This document shows, in pieces, positions 41,693 to 51,679 of a stretch of 64,000 bases of DNA (position 1 is the stretch's first letter; the number at the start of each line of letters is the position of its first letter). Location of the stretch: contig CAVSPA010000009.1 in assembly GCA_963729715.1 (NCBI GenBank), positions 31,907 to 95,906 on the forward strand. The letters run 5' to 3'. The position numbers were made by a program, and so were the translations under genes. Origin of the DNA: an uncultured delta proteobacterium. Lineage in GTDB: Bacteria; Desulfobacterota; Syntrophia; Syntrophales; UBA2185. The notes beneath the pieces are model-generated. The model saw only the letters and a program-made list of their open reading frames with translations. It was not told the DNA's origin and did no database searches.

Positions 41693-43042
41693 GGTACTGT
41701 CAATTTTATTGTGTAAATTTTTCATAGGCCACTTCTTGAAAGAATGGCAGGTTTTTTTGCACTTTTCCTACTGGGTTTGATCTCCAATGCAGTTCCATTT
41801 TTAAAGAGACAAAGGCCAGGAGACGATAGCAGGCAGACTCTCCGGCCAGTATCTCCATGGATTTTGTTCTCCGTTTAAATTCCTTGTTCAACCGTTCAAT
41901 GATATTTGTGGTTCTCAATGAAATCCACTCTTCCTTGGGGAAGTTGAAAAAAGACAAACAGGCGTCAATGGATCTCTCTAAACAACTTACGGCAGAAGGG
42001 ATATCCTTCTCCCATTTCCTTTTGAAGATTTCAAAAGATTCCAGCGCCGTCTCCTTTGAAGAGGCATAGAAGATGGTTCTTACATCATTCGCCACAGCTT
42101 GTTTCAGTTTCTTAGGTACCTTGGCCAGAACATTCCGGGCAACATGGACCTGGCAGCGTTGGATCTTGGCTTTGGGAAACTCTTCTTCAAAAACAGATTC
42201 CAATCCCGATAAACCATCCATGATTCCCAGGGTAACTTTCTGGCCATCCAATCCACGAACTTTTAAATCCTTGAAAAACTCCCTCCAGGAGGAAGCAGAC
42301 TCTTTGTCCCCGGCTTGCAAACCTACAACCAGCTTGTGGCCTCTTTCTGTAACACCGATAGACACCAGAACAGGTATTAACTCAACACTTCTTCCCACAC
42401 GCATACGGAAAGTCACACCATCCACAAAGAGATATTTGATGGGTTCCTGGGATAGATCTCTCATCCTCCACTTCTCAACGGCCTCTGTCAGATCAGTATT
42501 TGCGTGGCTGATCTCTGTATGGGAAATACGCCGCCCGATCAATCTACGGGAGATCATGGAAAGACTCCGGGTACTGATTCCCGTTAAAAACATCAGGCTT
42601 AAATCCCGGCTTATCTCTTCTTCGTACTGCTTGCTCCGGGGAATAACATTGGTCTTAAAATCACCCTCCCGGTCTCGGGGAATTTTGACCTTTACCTCCC
42701 CAATGTCTTTTAATGTGAAGTTACGATCATAGGTGCCATTGCGATGATTTATTTCATCCTTACCACGTTCATAGGGTTCTCTCCCCAGAAAGTGGGTGAG
42801 TTCCGCATTCATCAGCGCTGTCAGATATTGCCCAACGGTCTCTTTAATGTCCAATCGCACCATCTCAAAAAGTTGCTCCGGTTGCTCCTGAATCTCCTTG
42901 AAAATCTCCTTAACTTCGGCTACTGTAATTTCCAGTTTCATGGCGCTTTCTCCTTTCTCTCAGGTTTTGGGATAAACCCTTGTAAAGGAAAAGCGCCTTT
43001 TTTTCTACCATCATGAATTTACACAAAAGATTTTACACTACC
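41693..43042 (-). mobile_element. IS256-family element, copy 2
   Basis: Same IRs as copy 1; 8-bp target duplication GTGGTTCC. Confidence 0.95.
41706..42941 (-). CDS. IS256 transposase
   Basis: 411 aa, intact CQVH. Confidence 0.93.
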   Translation of the reverse strand: MKLEITVAEVKEIFKEIQEQPEQLFEMVRLDIKETVGQYLTALMNAELTHFLGREPYERGKDEINHRNGTYDRNFTLKDIGEVKVKIPRDREGDFKTNVIPRSKQYEEEISRDLSLMFLTGISTRSLSMISRRLIGRRISHTEISHANTDLTEAVEKWRMRDLSQEPIKYLFVDGVTFRMRVGRSVELIPVLVSIGVTERGHKLVVGLQAGDKESASSWREFFKDLKVRGLDGQKVTLGIMDGLSGLESVFEEEFPKAKIQRCQVHVARNVLAKVPKKLKQAVANDVRTIFYASSKETALESFEIFKRKWEKDIPSAVSCLERSIDACLSFFNFPKEEWISLRTTNIIERLNKEFKRRTKSMEILAGESACYRLLAFVSLKMELHWRSNPVGKVQKNLPFFQEVAYEKFTQ

Positions 43043-43108
43043 GTGGTTCCTGTGGCACATTCAAATCTCATTTGAAACACAGATACCCAGACCCTTTTGA
43101 GAAATGGA

Positions 43109-43506
43109 GTAACGAGATGCGACAGTATCCGATCAAAAGTTGCCTTCTCCTTGCCGTTCTCAAGGAGCCTCTTTCTGAAATCATGAAGGGATGAGTGATC
43201 AAAGGGGCGTTCATCGATGCAAAGGCCCAAGGCGTATTTGATTTCGATATCGTACATGGCGGCACGTTCCATCTCCCGGTCTGACAGGTCGCGGTAGAAC
43301 TGGATGATGGTCGCCATGGCAAGAAGAGACGGAGAAATTGGCGGACGGCCATTGTCCCTGCAGTACATCGATTCAAACTGCTCATCGTCCATGAGGGGCC
43401 AGATATTCTCTCTAAATTTCCGGTAAAAACTGTCTTTAGGAATCAGCCTTTCACAGAGAGCGTCCACATCGAAAAACCCTGTTTGTTTGCTTCTGGGCAT
43501 GAACAT
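43109..43506 (-). pseudogene. 5' fragment of IS1182-like transposase
   Basis: Closely similar to the N-terminus of 48005-49606, ends after HLVT. Confidence 0.85.
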
Positions 43507-43678
43507 ATTTTGAGATCCCCTTTGCTGTGGAATAGTGATCTCTTATACATCATAACTAATTGATAGTAAAGGTAATTGCATGGGACAAACATTTCTTGAG
43601 ATCATAGATGAGTTTCTTTTTCCTATTGTCTATCTATGATTGTACTAAGCAGAATCATCTTTTTTTTCTTGCTTCCCT

Positions 43679-44053
43679 TTACGCCATTTTTTTCTTTTGA
43701 ATAATGAGAAGCTTTATTCCACAAATACTGAAAACCACACCGAGAATCACGGAGGTAATTTTCAGGGTCAACTGGTCATAGCCCATAAAAAAAGCTACAG
43801 TTAAAGAACCCAGTCCCGAGACTATTATTGTGATCGCTAGAATGATTGTGGCCATCGTGTTTTTTTTGTAAGTGAGAAATGAAAGTACCGCATAGATGAG
43901 CAATGCTACAATTCTAAGAATGCGGAAGGACGTGCCTTCCTGCATATAAATAAAAGAGTAAATATCTTTTATTAATTGCAAAGACAAAAAAGAAATCAGG
44001 ATAAGATTCTTTTCAGTAAGCACTTTCCTTCCTCTTAATATTTTTCGGGACAA
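43679..44053 (-). CDS. Putative membrane immunity protein, cassette 5
   Basis: About 4 hydrophobic segments; TTG start abuts the reconstructed stop of CT5. Confidence 0.7.
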   Translation of the reverse strand: MSRKILRGRKVLTEKNLILISFLSLQLIKDIYSFIYMQEGTSFRILRIVALLIYAVLSFLTYKKNTMATIILAITIIVSGLGSLTVAFFMGYDQLTLKITSVILGVVFSICGIKLLIIQKKKMA

Positions 44054-44079
44054 CTCAGTTATTGCACGGTGAACATTTC

Positions 44080-45429
44080 GGTAGTGTAAAATCTTTTGTG
44101 TAAATTCATGATGGTAGAAAAAAAGGCGCTTTTCCTTTACAAGGGTTTATCCCAAAACCTGAGAGAAAGGAGAAAGCGCCATGAAACTGGAGATTACAGT
44201 AGCCGAAGTTAAGGAGATTTTCAAGGAGATTCAGGAGCAGCCGGAGCAACTTTTTGAGATGGTGCGATTGGACATTAAAGAGACCGTTGGGCAATATCTG
44301 ACAGCGCTGATGAATGCGGAACTCACCCATTTTCTGGGGAGAGAACCTTATGAACGTGGTAATGGCGAGGTAAATCATCGCAATGGCACCTATGATCGTA
44401 ACTTCACATTAAAAGACATTGGGGAGGTAAAGGTCAAAATTCCCCGAGACCGGGAGGGTGATTTTAAGACCAATGTTATTCCCCGGAGCAAGCAGTACGA
44501 AGAAGAGATAAGCCGGGATTTAAGCCTGATGTTTTTAACGGGAATCAGTACCCGGAGTCTTTCCATGATCTCCCGTAGATTGATCGGGCGGCGTATTTCC
44601 CATACAGAGATCAGCCACGCAAATACTGATCTGACAGAGGCCGTTGAGAAGTGGAGGATGAGAGATCTATCCCAGGAACCCATCAAATATCTCTTTGTGG
44701 ATGGTGTGACTTTCCGTATGCGTGTGGGAAGAAGTGTTGAGTTAATACCTGTTCTGGTGTCTATCGGTGTTACAGAAAGAGGCCACAAGCTGGTTGTAGG
44801 TTTGCAAGCCGGGGACAAAGAGTCTGCTTCCTCCTGGAGGGAGTTTTTCAAGGATTTAAAAGTTCGTGGATTGGATGGCCAGAAAGTTACCCTGGGAATC
44901 ATGGATGGTTTATCGGGATTGGAATCTGTTTTTGAAGAAGAGTTTCCCAAAGCCAAGATCCAACGCTGCCAGGTCCATGTTGCCCGGAATGTTCTGGCCA
45001 AGGTACCTAAGAAACTGAAACAAGCTGTGGCGAATGATGTAAGAACCATCTTCTATGCCTCTTCAAAGGAGACGGCGCTGGAATCTTTTGAAATCTTCAA
45101 AAGGAAATGGGAGAAGGATATCCCTTCTGCCGTAAGTTGTTTAGAGAGATCCATTGACGCCTGTTTGTCTTTTTTCAACTTCCCCAAGGAAGAGTGGATT
45201 TCATTGAGAACCACAAATATCATTGAACGGTTGAACAAGGAATTTAAACGGAGAACAAAATCCATGGAGATACTGGCCGGAGAGTCTGCCTGCTATCGTC
45301 TCCTGGCCTTTGTCTCTTTAAAAATGGAACTGCATTGGAGATCAAACCCAGTAGGAAAAGTGCAAAAAAACCTGCCATTCTTTCAAGAAGTGGCCTATGA
45401 AAAATTTACACAATAAAATTGACAGTACC
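44080..45429 (+). mobile_element. IS256-family element, copy 3
   Basis: 8-bp target duplication AACATTTC. Confidence 0.95.
44181..45416 (+). CDS. IS256 transposase
   Basis: 411 aa, intact CQVH. Confidence 0.93.
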   Translation: MKLEITVAEVKEIFKEIQEQPEQLFEMVRLDIKETVGQYLTALMNAELTHFLGREPYERGNGEVNHRNGTYDRNFTLKDIGEVKVKIPRDREGDFKTNVIPRSKQYEEEISRDLSLMFLTGISTRSLSMISRRLIGRRISHTEISHANTDLTEAVEKWRMRDLSQEPIKYLFVDGVTFRMRVGRSVELIPVLVSIGVTERGHKLVVGLQAGDKESASSWREFFKDLKVRGLDGQKVTLGIMDGLSGLESVFEEEFPKAKIQRCQVHVARNVLAKVPKKLKQAVANDVRTIFYASSKETALESFEIFKRKWEKDIPSAVSCLERSIDACLSFFNFPKEEWISLRTTNIIERLNKEFKRRTKSMEILAGESACYRLLAFVSLKMELHWRSNPVGKVQKNLPFFQEVAYEKFTQ

Positions 45430-45829
45430 AACATTTCTTCTTGTAATATTCTAATGCTTCTTTTTCATCGAATTTGTACATATCAATTAATGCGTTAATC
45501 CATGAATAGTTGTCACTTAGCTCTTTCCAACATTTATTGCCAGTTTCTTGATACTCGAGCAAAAAATCTTTCTTCATCTTATTCCTAAAATCATATGCCT
45601 GGAATGACGTAATAAACGGGTCAGGCCAGTCAAGAATTGTATGACCTCTTAAACCAAGTGGATCAATATAATTCACGGGGTTATTGCCAGCGTATTGGTA
45701 AAGGTTCGCTTCAATACTGAAGGGTTTTCCGACACTATCGACAAATGCGTATAAGTTTATCCCGCCTCTAAACCCAATCGGATCCCTGGTTAAGAACCTT
45801 CCTGCTTGGGGATCATAGTATCTTACGCG

Positions 45830-45870
45830 AGGTATTCGGATAGCTCTCCCACTTAGAGAGCTTCTTTTTT
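45830..45870. repeat. Rhs cassette leader repeat (hairpin part only)
   Basis: AGGTATTCGGATAGCTCTCCCACTTAGAGAGCTTCTTTTTT. Confidence 0.9.
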
Positions 45871-45965
45871 GATCCCCTCATTTCCCATGTACTCAATTAC
45901 ACTTGCACTGGTTTATCCCGTCGCTGAACCACCGTTCCCCTCAATTTCCTTATATGACCTTCACT

Positions 45966-46430
45966 TCACCATTGTTTCCACGCAAGCAAGTAGATAGTGA
46001 TTGCAAGTGATAACAGATATAAGAATCCTCCTCCAAGGAGTTTGGCAACTGCAATAAATGAAGCATTTCTGTAACTCCGTAACATTGGATCAGATAATTG
46101 AGCTTCTCTACTAAATAGTGGATTATTATCCCGGAAAAATTTACTCCTGCTTGTGAACCTCCAATAATTCTTTATGATGATTTGCTGGTTTTCCTTACTA
46201 TAACGAGAGTCAAGATATTGCCGAATATCATCCATCTTGTTGTTGACAATGGCCATTAGATTGAGTGCTCTCTTCCAAAAATAAAACACCAAGAAAGAAT
46301 TGGCCAAACTTATCAGCACAATCTTTATAATTGATATGCTGCCATGACTTTCCTGCATCAAGCCCAGTGAGGGATAAATCGGGAATATAAACCCTAATAG
46401 TAAAAGCAAACATTTTTCTCTGGTAGTCAT
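45966..46430 (-). CDS. Putative membrane immunity protein, cassette 4
   Basis: ATGA overlap with the CT4 stop; about 3 TM segments. Confidence 0.72.
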   Translation of the reverse strand: MTTREKCLLLLLGFIFPIYPSLGLMQESHGSISIIKIVLISLANSFLVFYFWKRALNLMAIVNNKMDDIRQYLDSRYSKENQQIIIKNYWRFTSRSKFFRDNNPLFSREAQLSDPMLRSYRNASFIAVAKLLGGGFLYLLSLAITIYLLAWKQW

Positions 46431-46969
46431 TTTTCGCACTGCTTCTTATTACAACAATCTCCCCAACATTGCAGTATTTTGCATTCACCCCAGCCTCCAT
46501 ATGCACCCCAAGCGCCGACTCCACCCCCTGTATTTATGTTTACTCCACCCTTGCCGCCCGAAACAGTTATTGCAGGCCCAGTGCCGCCACCAGCTCCAGC
46601 TCTTCCAATTGATCCTCCCCAAGATCCGCCAGCCATATCACAGACTGTGTCAGCGCCCCATGCATTTGTTGATGATCCTCCTAAATAACCTCCTGCGCCT
46701 CTGCTAAAGCCAGCGCCACTTCCATAGCACAAAATAATGGCCCTATTTCCATAACCGTCCCACATGTAAGAAATATCACCAGAACCTGACCCAATCCAGT
46801 AGCTCACACCTCCTCCAATCCCTACACCTCCTACCCATAAGCCAAATGGATCCACCCAATTCACGGGATTATCTTCCGCGTATTTGTACAGATTCACATC
46901 ACCACCCGCAAACCCAATCGGATCTCTTTGGAGGAACCTTCCCACGGTGGGATCATAGTATCTTGCGCG
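46427..46969 (-). CDS. Orphan Rhs core + Gly-rich toxin tip 4
   Basis: RARYYDPTVGRFLQRDPIG...DPFG, then Gly-rich CT; ORF open to TTG at 47035. Confidence 0.82.
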   Translation of the reverse strand, partial: RARYYDPTVGRFLQRDPIGFAGGDVNLYKYAEDNPVNWVDPFGLWVGGVGIGGGVSYWIGSGSGDISYMWDGYGNRAIILCYGSGAGFSRGAGGYLGGSSTNAWGADTVCDMAGGSWGGSIGRAGAGGGTGPAITVSGGKGGVNINTGGGVGAWGAYGGWGECKILQCWGDCCNKKQCEK

Positions 46970-47040
46970 AGGTATTCGGATAGCTCTCTCCCCTAGAGAG
47001 CTTCTTTTTTGAGATCCCTTGCATTTAACAGACAAAGAGC
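46970..47040. repeat. Rhs cassette leader repeat
   Basis: Hairpin + T-run + GACAAAGAGC ending 71 nt from the junction. Confidence 0.9.
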
Positions 47041-47128
47041 GAGGTCAGTTTTAAAATAAATAAGAACTCTGATTACCCCCACCCGATAGAGAAGAGGAAT
47101 AGGAAACTGCCACCAAAATTTCGTTCAA

Positions 47129-47371
47129 TTACATCATCAACCGAAATATTAAAAACATTAGCCCTATGGAAAATGGAATTATCGCAAACACCAATAGATC
47201 TTTTTTTGTCCTTTTACCGAAACTGATTTTAATAAAAATATCGCCTATGACTCTAAAAAACCTATTACTATCGTACTTAAAATAAGTAACAATAAGTAAT
47301 ATAGTCAATAGAAACATCACGAATATGGTGGTATTCATATCGCTGACTGTTAATTTATTGGCACCTATCAT
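47129..47371 (-). CDS. Putative membrane immunity protein, cassette 3
   Basis: ATGA overlap with the CT3 stop; 2 TM segments. Confidence 0.65.
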   Translation of the reverse strand: MIGANKLTVSDMNTTIFVMFLLTILLIVTYFKYDSNRFFRVIGDIFIKISFGKRTKKDLLVFAIIPFSIGLMFLIFRLMM

Positions 47372-47829
47372 TGGCAACAACTCTCCTCGTGTACATTAGA
47401 TACGAATGACCATCCACCCATGGCGGTAGCACTCAAGTCTATGCCAACTTGTGTCCCAAGGGGAAATGTAGTTTGCGCTTGACCAAGAACTGTTTGACTC
47501 ACGGACCCTCCCCAAGGCCCTACTGCACCTGATAGTGAAATAGTACTAGCTAACCCGTTCAGATTATTTAGATTACCATATCCAGACGTACTGTCAGAAA
47601 CATTTAGATCAAATTTTGTATCAGCAAATGGTATTCCTACTGCCGCACCAGCAAAAACTGCACTTACGTCGCCTACAAATCGTTTACCATTTATGCACGC
47701 TGTATGCATCTTGCCGCTTAAATATGCACCGCCAAGAACGAAACGCCCTGCAGAAGTTAATTCAACTTCCCCAGAGTAAGAAGCCAATCCATTTGGATCT
47801 TTCAAGTTCACCGGATTGTTGCCGGTGTG
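47368..47829 (-). pseudogene. Orphan Rhs toxin tip 3, 5' part lost at the IS boundary
   Basis: TGNNPVNLKDPNG, then CT ending EESCCQ. Confidence 0.78.
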
Positions 47830-49666
47830 ATACCGTCTGAAAACCCCCGTTCTGATCCAGCGCCCCGTCGTTTTTGAGTGACGCTGCAGTTTGCCGCTTC
47901 ATTTGCTTCTGTCAGGAGTCGCTTCTGCTTTCAAAGAACGTTTAATCGCTGAAAGTGTCGCCTGAAGATCCCTTTTAAGAGGCCGGTCCCCTCTTTTAGT
48001 TACTTTATACAGCGGCCATCGCCGGTTTCGGTATCTTCGGTTTGAGCTTTCCGAGTTCCAGCTTGATCCACCGCTTGATGTTCACCGCAACGGCCGTGAA
48101 GTAGCATTGCAGGCTTACCTTCTTTAGCCCCCTGTATCTGGCCCTTCTCATGCCGTGGTATCTGGTCAGCTCTGAGAGCTTGCCCTCTATCGGCGGCCTG
48201 AGTTTCATATCTTCCTTGAACTGTTCGGTGAGGTTGTAAACCTCCGCTTCCCGGAGTTCCCTGTTGAATTTACTTATGCCTACCGTCCTTCTGCCATCTT
48301 TAGAATTGGTGCATTCGGGCTTGCGCGGGCATTTGCCGCATTCAGTCATGGGAAAGTGGAACATCCTTATTTCTTTCTGCCAGTCATAATAGCTCTGCTT
48401 GACCGTCACACCGGCAGGACAGGTCAGGAGGTTGAAGTCTTCGTCATAATGAAACATGCCTTTGGGATAGATGGCTTTTGTTCTATCGTTCTTCTCCCGA
48501 AGCGGAGCGACGACCTCAGTGCCGCTTTCCTTAAGTTCCTTACGGCAAGGGCCGTTACTGTAAGCGGTATCGCCAATCAGTTTGGTAGGGGTGATGTCGT
48601 ACTGCTTTTGTTCAAGAACGGATTCAACCGTACACTCTCCATCGGGACGATTGCCCGGCGTGGCTTTGATGTTGGTGATGAATCTGCTTCCCACTGTTTC
48701 GGTGATGTTAGCTTTATAACCGGTGAAACGCTTGGTGTTGGATTTGGCGCCGTAGCGGGCATCGGGGTCTACAGGGGATACCAGAATGTCCGGCGGTTTC
48801 TCTTTGTACGCTTTTTCCTTCGGAGTGCCGTCTTCTTCATTGGTGATATTCTCCTGAAGGATTCTCTTTAGCATATTGATGCGGCGATTGAGGATTTCGT
48901 CACTGCGGATTTCTTTGACCTGTTCTAGCACTATGCGTGCATCGGTGACCACCTCGACGAGTTTCTTCCTTCTCTTTTCGATATCCAGGCGGCCGGGTGA
49001 ATCATGATTGATTTCCTTTTTGCTGTATCCCGCCATATCAATTGATTCGGCAATCTTTTGATACTCAGCCTTATGGCGCTTGGCGAGGGGCTTCAGCACT
49101 TCGTAGATGCCTTTCTTGACCAGCGTCACCATTGTCGGAATAGCCACATCGGCAATGACGTGCGTCGCGTCGATACGCTGAATCTCGTCCTTCTTGATAA
49201 GGCCTGCTGTAACGAGGTGTGAAAGTATCCGATCAAAAGTTTCCTTCTCCTTGCCATTCTCAAGGAGTCTCTTTCTGAAGTCATAAAGGGATGAGTGATC
49301 AAAGGGGCGTTCATCGATGCACAGGCCCAGGGCGTATTTGATTTCGATGTCGTACATGGCGGCACGTTCCATCTCCCGGTCTGACAGGTCACGGTAGAAC
49401 TGAAGGATGGTCGCCATGGCAAGAAGACCTGGTGAAATGGCTGGCCTACCGTTGTCAGTGCAATACAGGGCTTGAAACTGTCCATCATTGATCAAAGGCC
49501 AGACGTTTTCTCTGAACTTTCGGTAGAAGCTGTCTCTAGGAACGAGTTCCTCACAGATGCAGTCAGCATCATAAAAGCTGCTTTGCCTCTCGCCATATTT
49601 GAGCATCGTGACAGTTCCTCCTCGGCATGTTTATTGTGAGGATAGCCGAGGAGGGGAATATTTTCA
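47830..49666 (-). mobile_element. IS1182-like element, ends approximate
   Basis: Candidate end ACCGTCTGAAAA at ~47832; only TTTTCA of the opposite IR remains; no target duplication. Confidence 0.65.
48005..49606 (-). CDS. IS1182-family DDE transposase
   Basis: GRPAISP..., LSDREME, IDATH, SPVDPDAR, IGDTAY, TCPAG, CGKCPRKPEC, RPPIEGKLSEL. Confidence 0.88.
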   Translation of the reverse strand: MLKYGERQSSFYDADCICEELVPRDSFYRKFRENVWPLINDGQFQALYCTDNGRPAISPGLLAMATILQFYRDLSDREMERAAMYDIEIKYALGLCIDERPFDHSSLYDFRKRLLENGKEKETFDRILSHLVTAGLIKKDEIQRIDATHVIADVAIPTMVTLVKKGIYEVLKPLAKRHKAEYQKIAESIDMAGYSKKEINHDSPGRLDIEKRRKKLVEVVTDARIVLEQVKEIRSDEILNRRINMLKRILQENITNEEDGTPKEKAYKEKPPDILVSPVDPDARYGAKSNTKRFTGYKANITETVGSRFITNIKATPGNRPDGECTVESVLEQKQYDITPTKLIGDTAYSNGPCRKELKESGTEVVAPLREKNDRTKAIYPKGMFHYDEDFNLLTCPAGVTVKQSYYDWQKEIRMFHFPMTECGKCPRKPECTNSKDGRRTVGISKFNRELREAEVYNLTEQFKEDMKLRPPIEGKLSELTRYHGMRRARYRGLKKVSLQCYFTAVAVNIKRWIKLELGKLKPKIPKPAMAAV

Positions 49667-50017
49667 AGGATATTTGGGCAATGCCATAGCAACTATTAAT
49701 AACAAAATAAAAGCCACTCCAAAAATAACAAATGTCATCTGAGCTCTCGCCTTATAAGCAGCTAGCTTATCATCCCCGCTTTTTTCTTTACTGAAAACGG
49801 AAAGTAATAAATATATTGAGCCCGCGGGCCACCTTATCCACGCGCCGCCTGCCTCTATTAAAGGATCTTTGTTCATTAGTTTCAACCATTCATTATGATG
49901 TTTAATTTTCATGTAGCTATAGTATTTGCGATAATATATCCCCCAAAAAGCGAAACTTATGATCACAGAAAATAACATCGCAAATAAGAGGACTGGCTTA
50001 TAAATTTCATCAATCAT
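49664..50017 (-). CDS. Putative membrane immunity protein, cassette 2
   Basis: TAATG overlap with the CT2 stop; 2-3 TM segments. Confidence 0.72.
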   Translation of the reverse strand: MIDEIYKPVLLFAMLFSVIISFAFWGIYYRKYYSYMKIKHHNEWLKLMNKDPLIEAGGAWIRWPAGSIYLLLSVFSKEKSGDDKLAAYKARAQMTFVIFGVAFILLLIVAMALPKYP

Positions 50018-50604
50018 TACCAGCTACCACCAGTAAGCGTCCATGTATTTGTCCCGCCAGCGAACGCTCCAATATATCCGATTGAAGGACCAACAATTAT
50101 GCCGCCACCCGTAACTGTATTATCAGGACTCGTATATCCTCCAACCGAAAAAGCACCAAGACCTAGACGTCCGGCATTTAAAAATGGACCGTTTAGCTGC
50201 GAAACATTGCAGGAATTATTCGCAGTAACCTGAACACCTCCTGTAAAACCGTAAACAGAAGCCGCAGCACCGCCACCTAAAACAAAGGTAACGGAAGATG
50301 ACCAGCCCGAATACCATGGACTACTCGGATCTTGTGAAAAATTACCTTGAAGACCAATCATGCCACCAAAACCGAAAGCGGCACCAGTTACATCAAAACC
50401 AATCGAAAACCCCATCAATCCTCGGGGATCTATATAATTAATAGGATTGCTGGCGGTGTACGAATATAGGTTTGTATCGGATCTAATTTTTCTGACTTTT
50501 CCGACACTATCAACGTACGCATAGAGATTTACATCCCCGCCCATAAACCCAATCGGATCTCTCTGTAGGAACCTTCCTGCTTGCGAATCATAGTATCTTG
50601 CGCG
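50017..50604 (-). CDS. Orphan Rhs core + Gly-rich toxin tip 2
   Basis: RARYYDSQAGRFLQRDPIG...DPRG; ORF open to TTG at 50670. Confidence 0.82.
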   Translation of the reverse strand, partial: RARYYDSQAGRFLQRDPIGFMGGDVNLYAYVDSVGKVRKIRSDTNLYSYTASNPINYIDPRGLMGFSIGFDVTGAAFGFGGMIGLQGNFSQDPSSPWYSGWSSSVTFVLGGGAAASVYGFTGGVQVTANNSCNVSQLNGPFLNAGRLGLGAFSVGGYTSPDNTVTGGGIIVGPSIGYIGAFAGGTNTWTLTGGSW

Positions 50605-50675
50605 AGGTGTTCGGATAGCTCTCCCCCTTAGAGAGCTTCTTTTTACCCCCCCTGCGCATTTAACTGACAAAGAGC
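50605..50675. repeat. Rhs cassette leader repeat
   Basis: Hairpin + T-run + GACAAAGAGC at 71 nt; weaker similarity to the 51609 copy continues to ~50725. Confidence 0.9.
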
Positions 50676-50831
50676 TGCGACAACCTTAAGGGAACAACGA
50701 AGCAAAAGCGCCAACCACCGCCAAGTCGGGATTGACGGGAATTAGCTTACAATATGAAAATTAAAAATTCGACCCCAGTTGCTCCCCCACATTCGTCACC
50801 TATCCTGTAGCGATAAGTATAAGTTCAAAGG

Positions 50832-51167
50832 TTACATTCCCAGAACATCCCTTATCATTCGATAGGCAGCAAAAGCCCAACAACAAATTGTTGCAACCAC
50901 AATTATGGGGAAAATTATAATTGCTATTGCGTGATGAGAATTCCAGAAAACATAAAAGGTTATATAACTACTTACCGTCAGCACTATGGCTAATACAACT
51001 GAATGGAAAACACTACGTGATTTAAAAAAGGTATACGATGCTACCAACAAAACAGTAGCACCAATAGTAAAAAGAACAGCATCATTGAGGGGCAATTTTA
51101 AGTATAGACTCACTGAAACGAAGAGAATGAAAGAAATAATGCCCAACAGGAATGGTTTACTTTTCAT
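50832..51167 (-). CDS. Putative membrane immunity protein, cassette 1
   Basis: 111 aa, 4 TM segments, directly after CT1. Confidence 0.72.
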   Translation of the reverse strand: MKSKPFLLGIISFILFVSVSLYLKLPLNDAVLFTIGATVLLVASYTFFKSRSVFHSVVLAIVLTVSSYITFYVFWNSHHAIAIIIFPIIVVATICCWAFAAYRMIRDVLGM

Positions 51168-51188
51168 AGACCTAGCTGCTCCTGATTA

Positions 51189-51608
51189 CTAACGGCACGA
51201 TTTTTTATCATCATTCTTACATCTGAAATAATCTATATAGCAAATTGCGACCTCAGCAGCTTCGACAGTGTGACAATAAGCTATGCCAACGGCAGTCCCT
51301 ACGGCGCACCCAGCTTCACATCGAGCAACACATTGAGAATACAGTGGCCCCGCAATTCGGCAGTTAATGGGGCAACTCATTGCACATACTGTGTAACCTT
51401 GCGCAACGTTTCTCATGCATCGCGCATCGTTTTCAACAGCACGTCCACAGCATTCAGTAAGAGCATCATCACATGAATCCAATCCGGTCGGATCCTTGTA
51501 TTTCACGGGATTATTGGCCGCATACGAATATAGATTAATCCCGCCCCCAAACCCAATCGGATCCCTGGTCAGGAACCTTCCTGCCTTGGAATCATAGTAC
51601 CTTGCGCG
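51189..51608 (-). pseudogene. Orphan Rhs core + Cys-rich toxin tip 1 (no upstream start)
   Basis: RARYYDSKAGRFLTRDPIGFGGGINLYSYAANNPVKYKDPTG + CT with more than ten Cys; in-frame TGA in the leader. Confidence 0.82.
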
Positions 51609-51679
51609 AGGTATTCGGATAGCTCTCCCCCTTAGAGTGCTTCTTTTTTTTATCCTTCAATGCACGCCTGTCAAAGAGC
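51609..51679. repeat. Rhs cassette leader repeat
   Basis: Hairpin + T-run + TGTCAAAGAGC at 71 nt. Confidence 0.9.

Larger units (their letters stand above)
44055..45829 (-). pseudogene. Orphan Rhs core + toxin tip 5, interrupted near its C-terminus by IS256
   Basis: RVRYYDPQAGRFLTRDPIGFRGGINLY...DPLG; removing the IS restores ...KKKCSPCNN*. Confidence 0.8.

Noticed and set aside
41693..45429. Composite transposon formed by IS256 copies 2 and 3
   Set aside because: Each copy has its own 8-bp target duplication, so they inserted independently.
45830..51679. Rhs leader repeats as a CRISPR array, group II intron 3' ends or dif/pdif sites
   Set aside because: Spacers are kb-sized coding cassettes and no cas genes are present; CTATCCGAAT resembles an intron end but no domain V or reverse transcriptase is visible; only GTTAAAT resembles XerD, in two copies, with no XerC arm.
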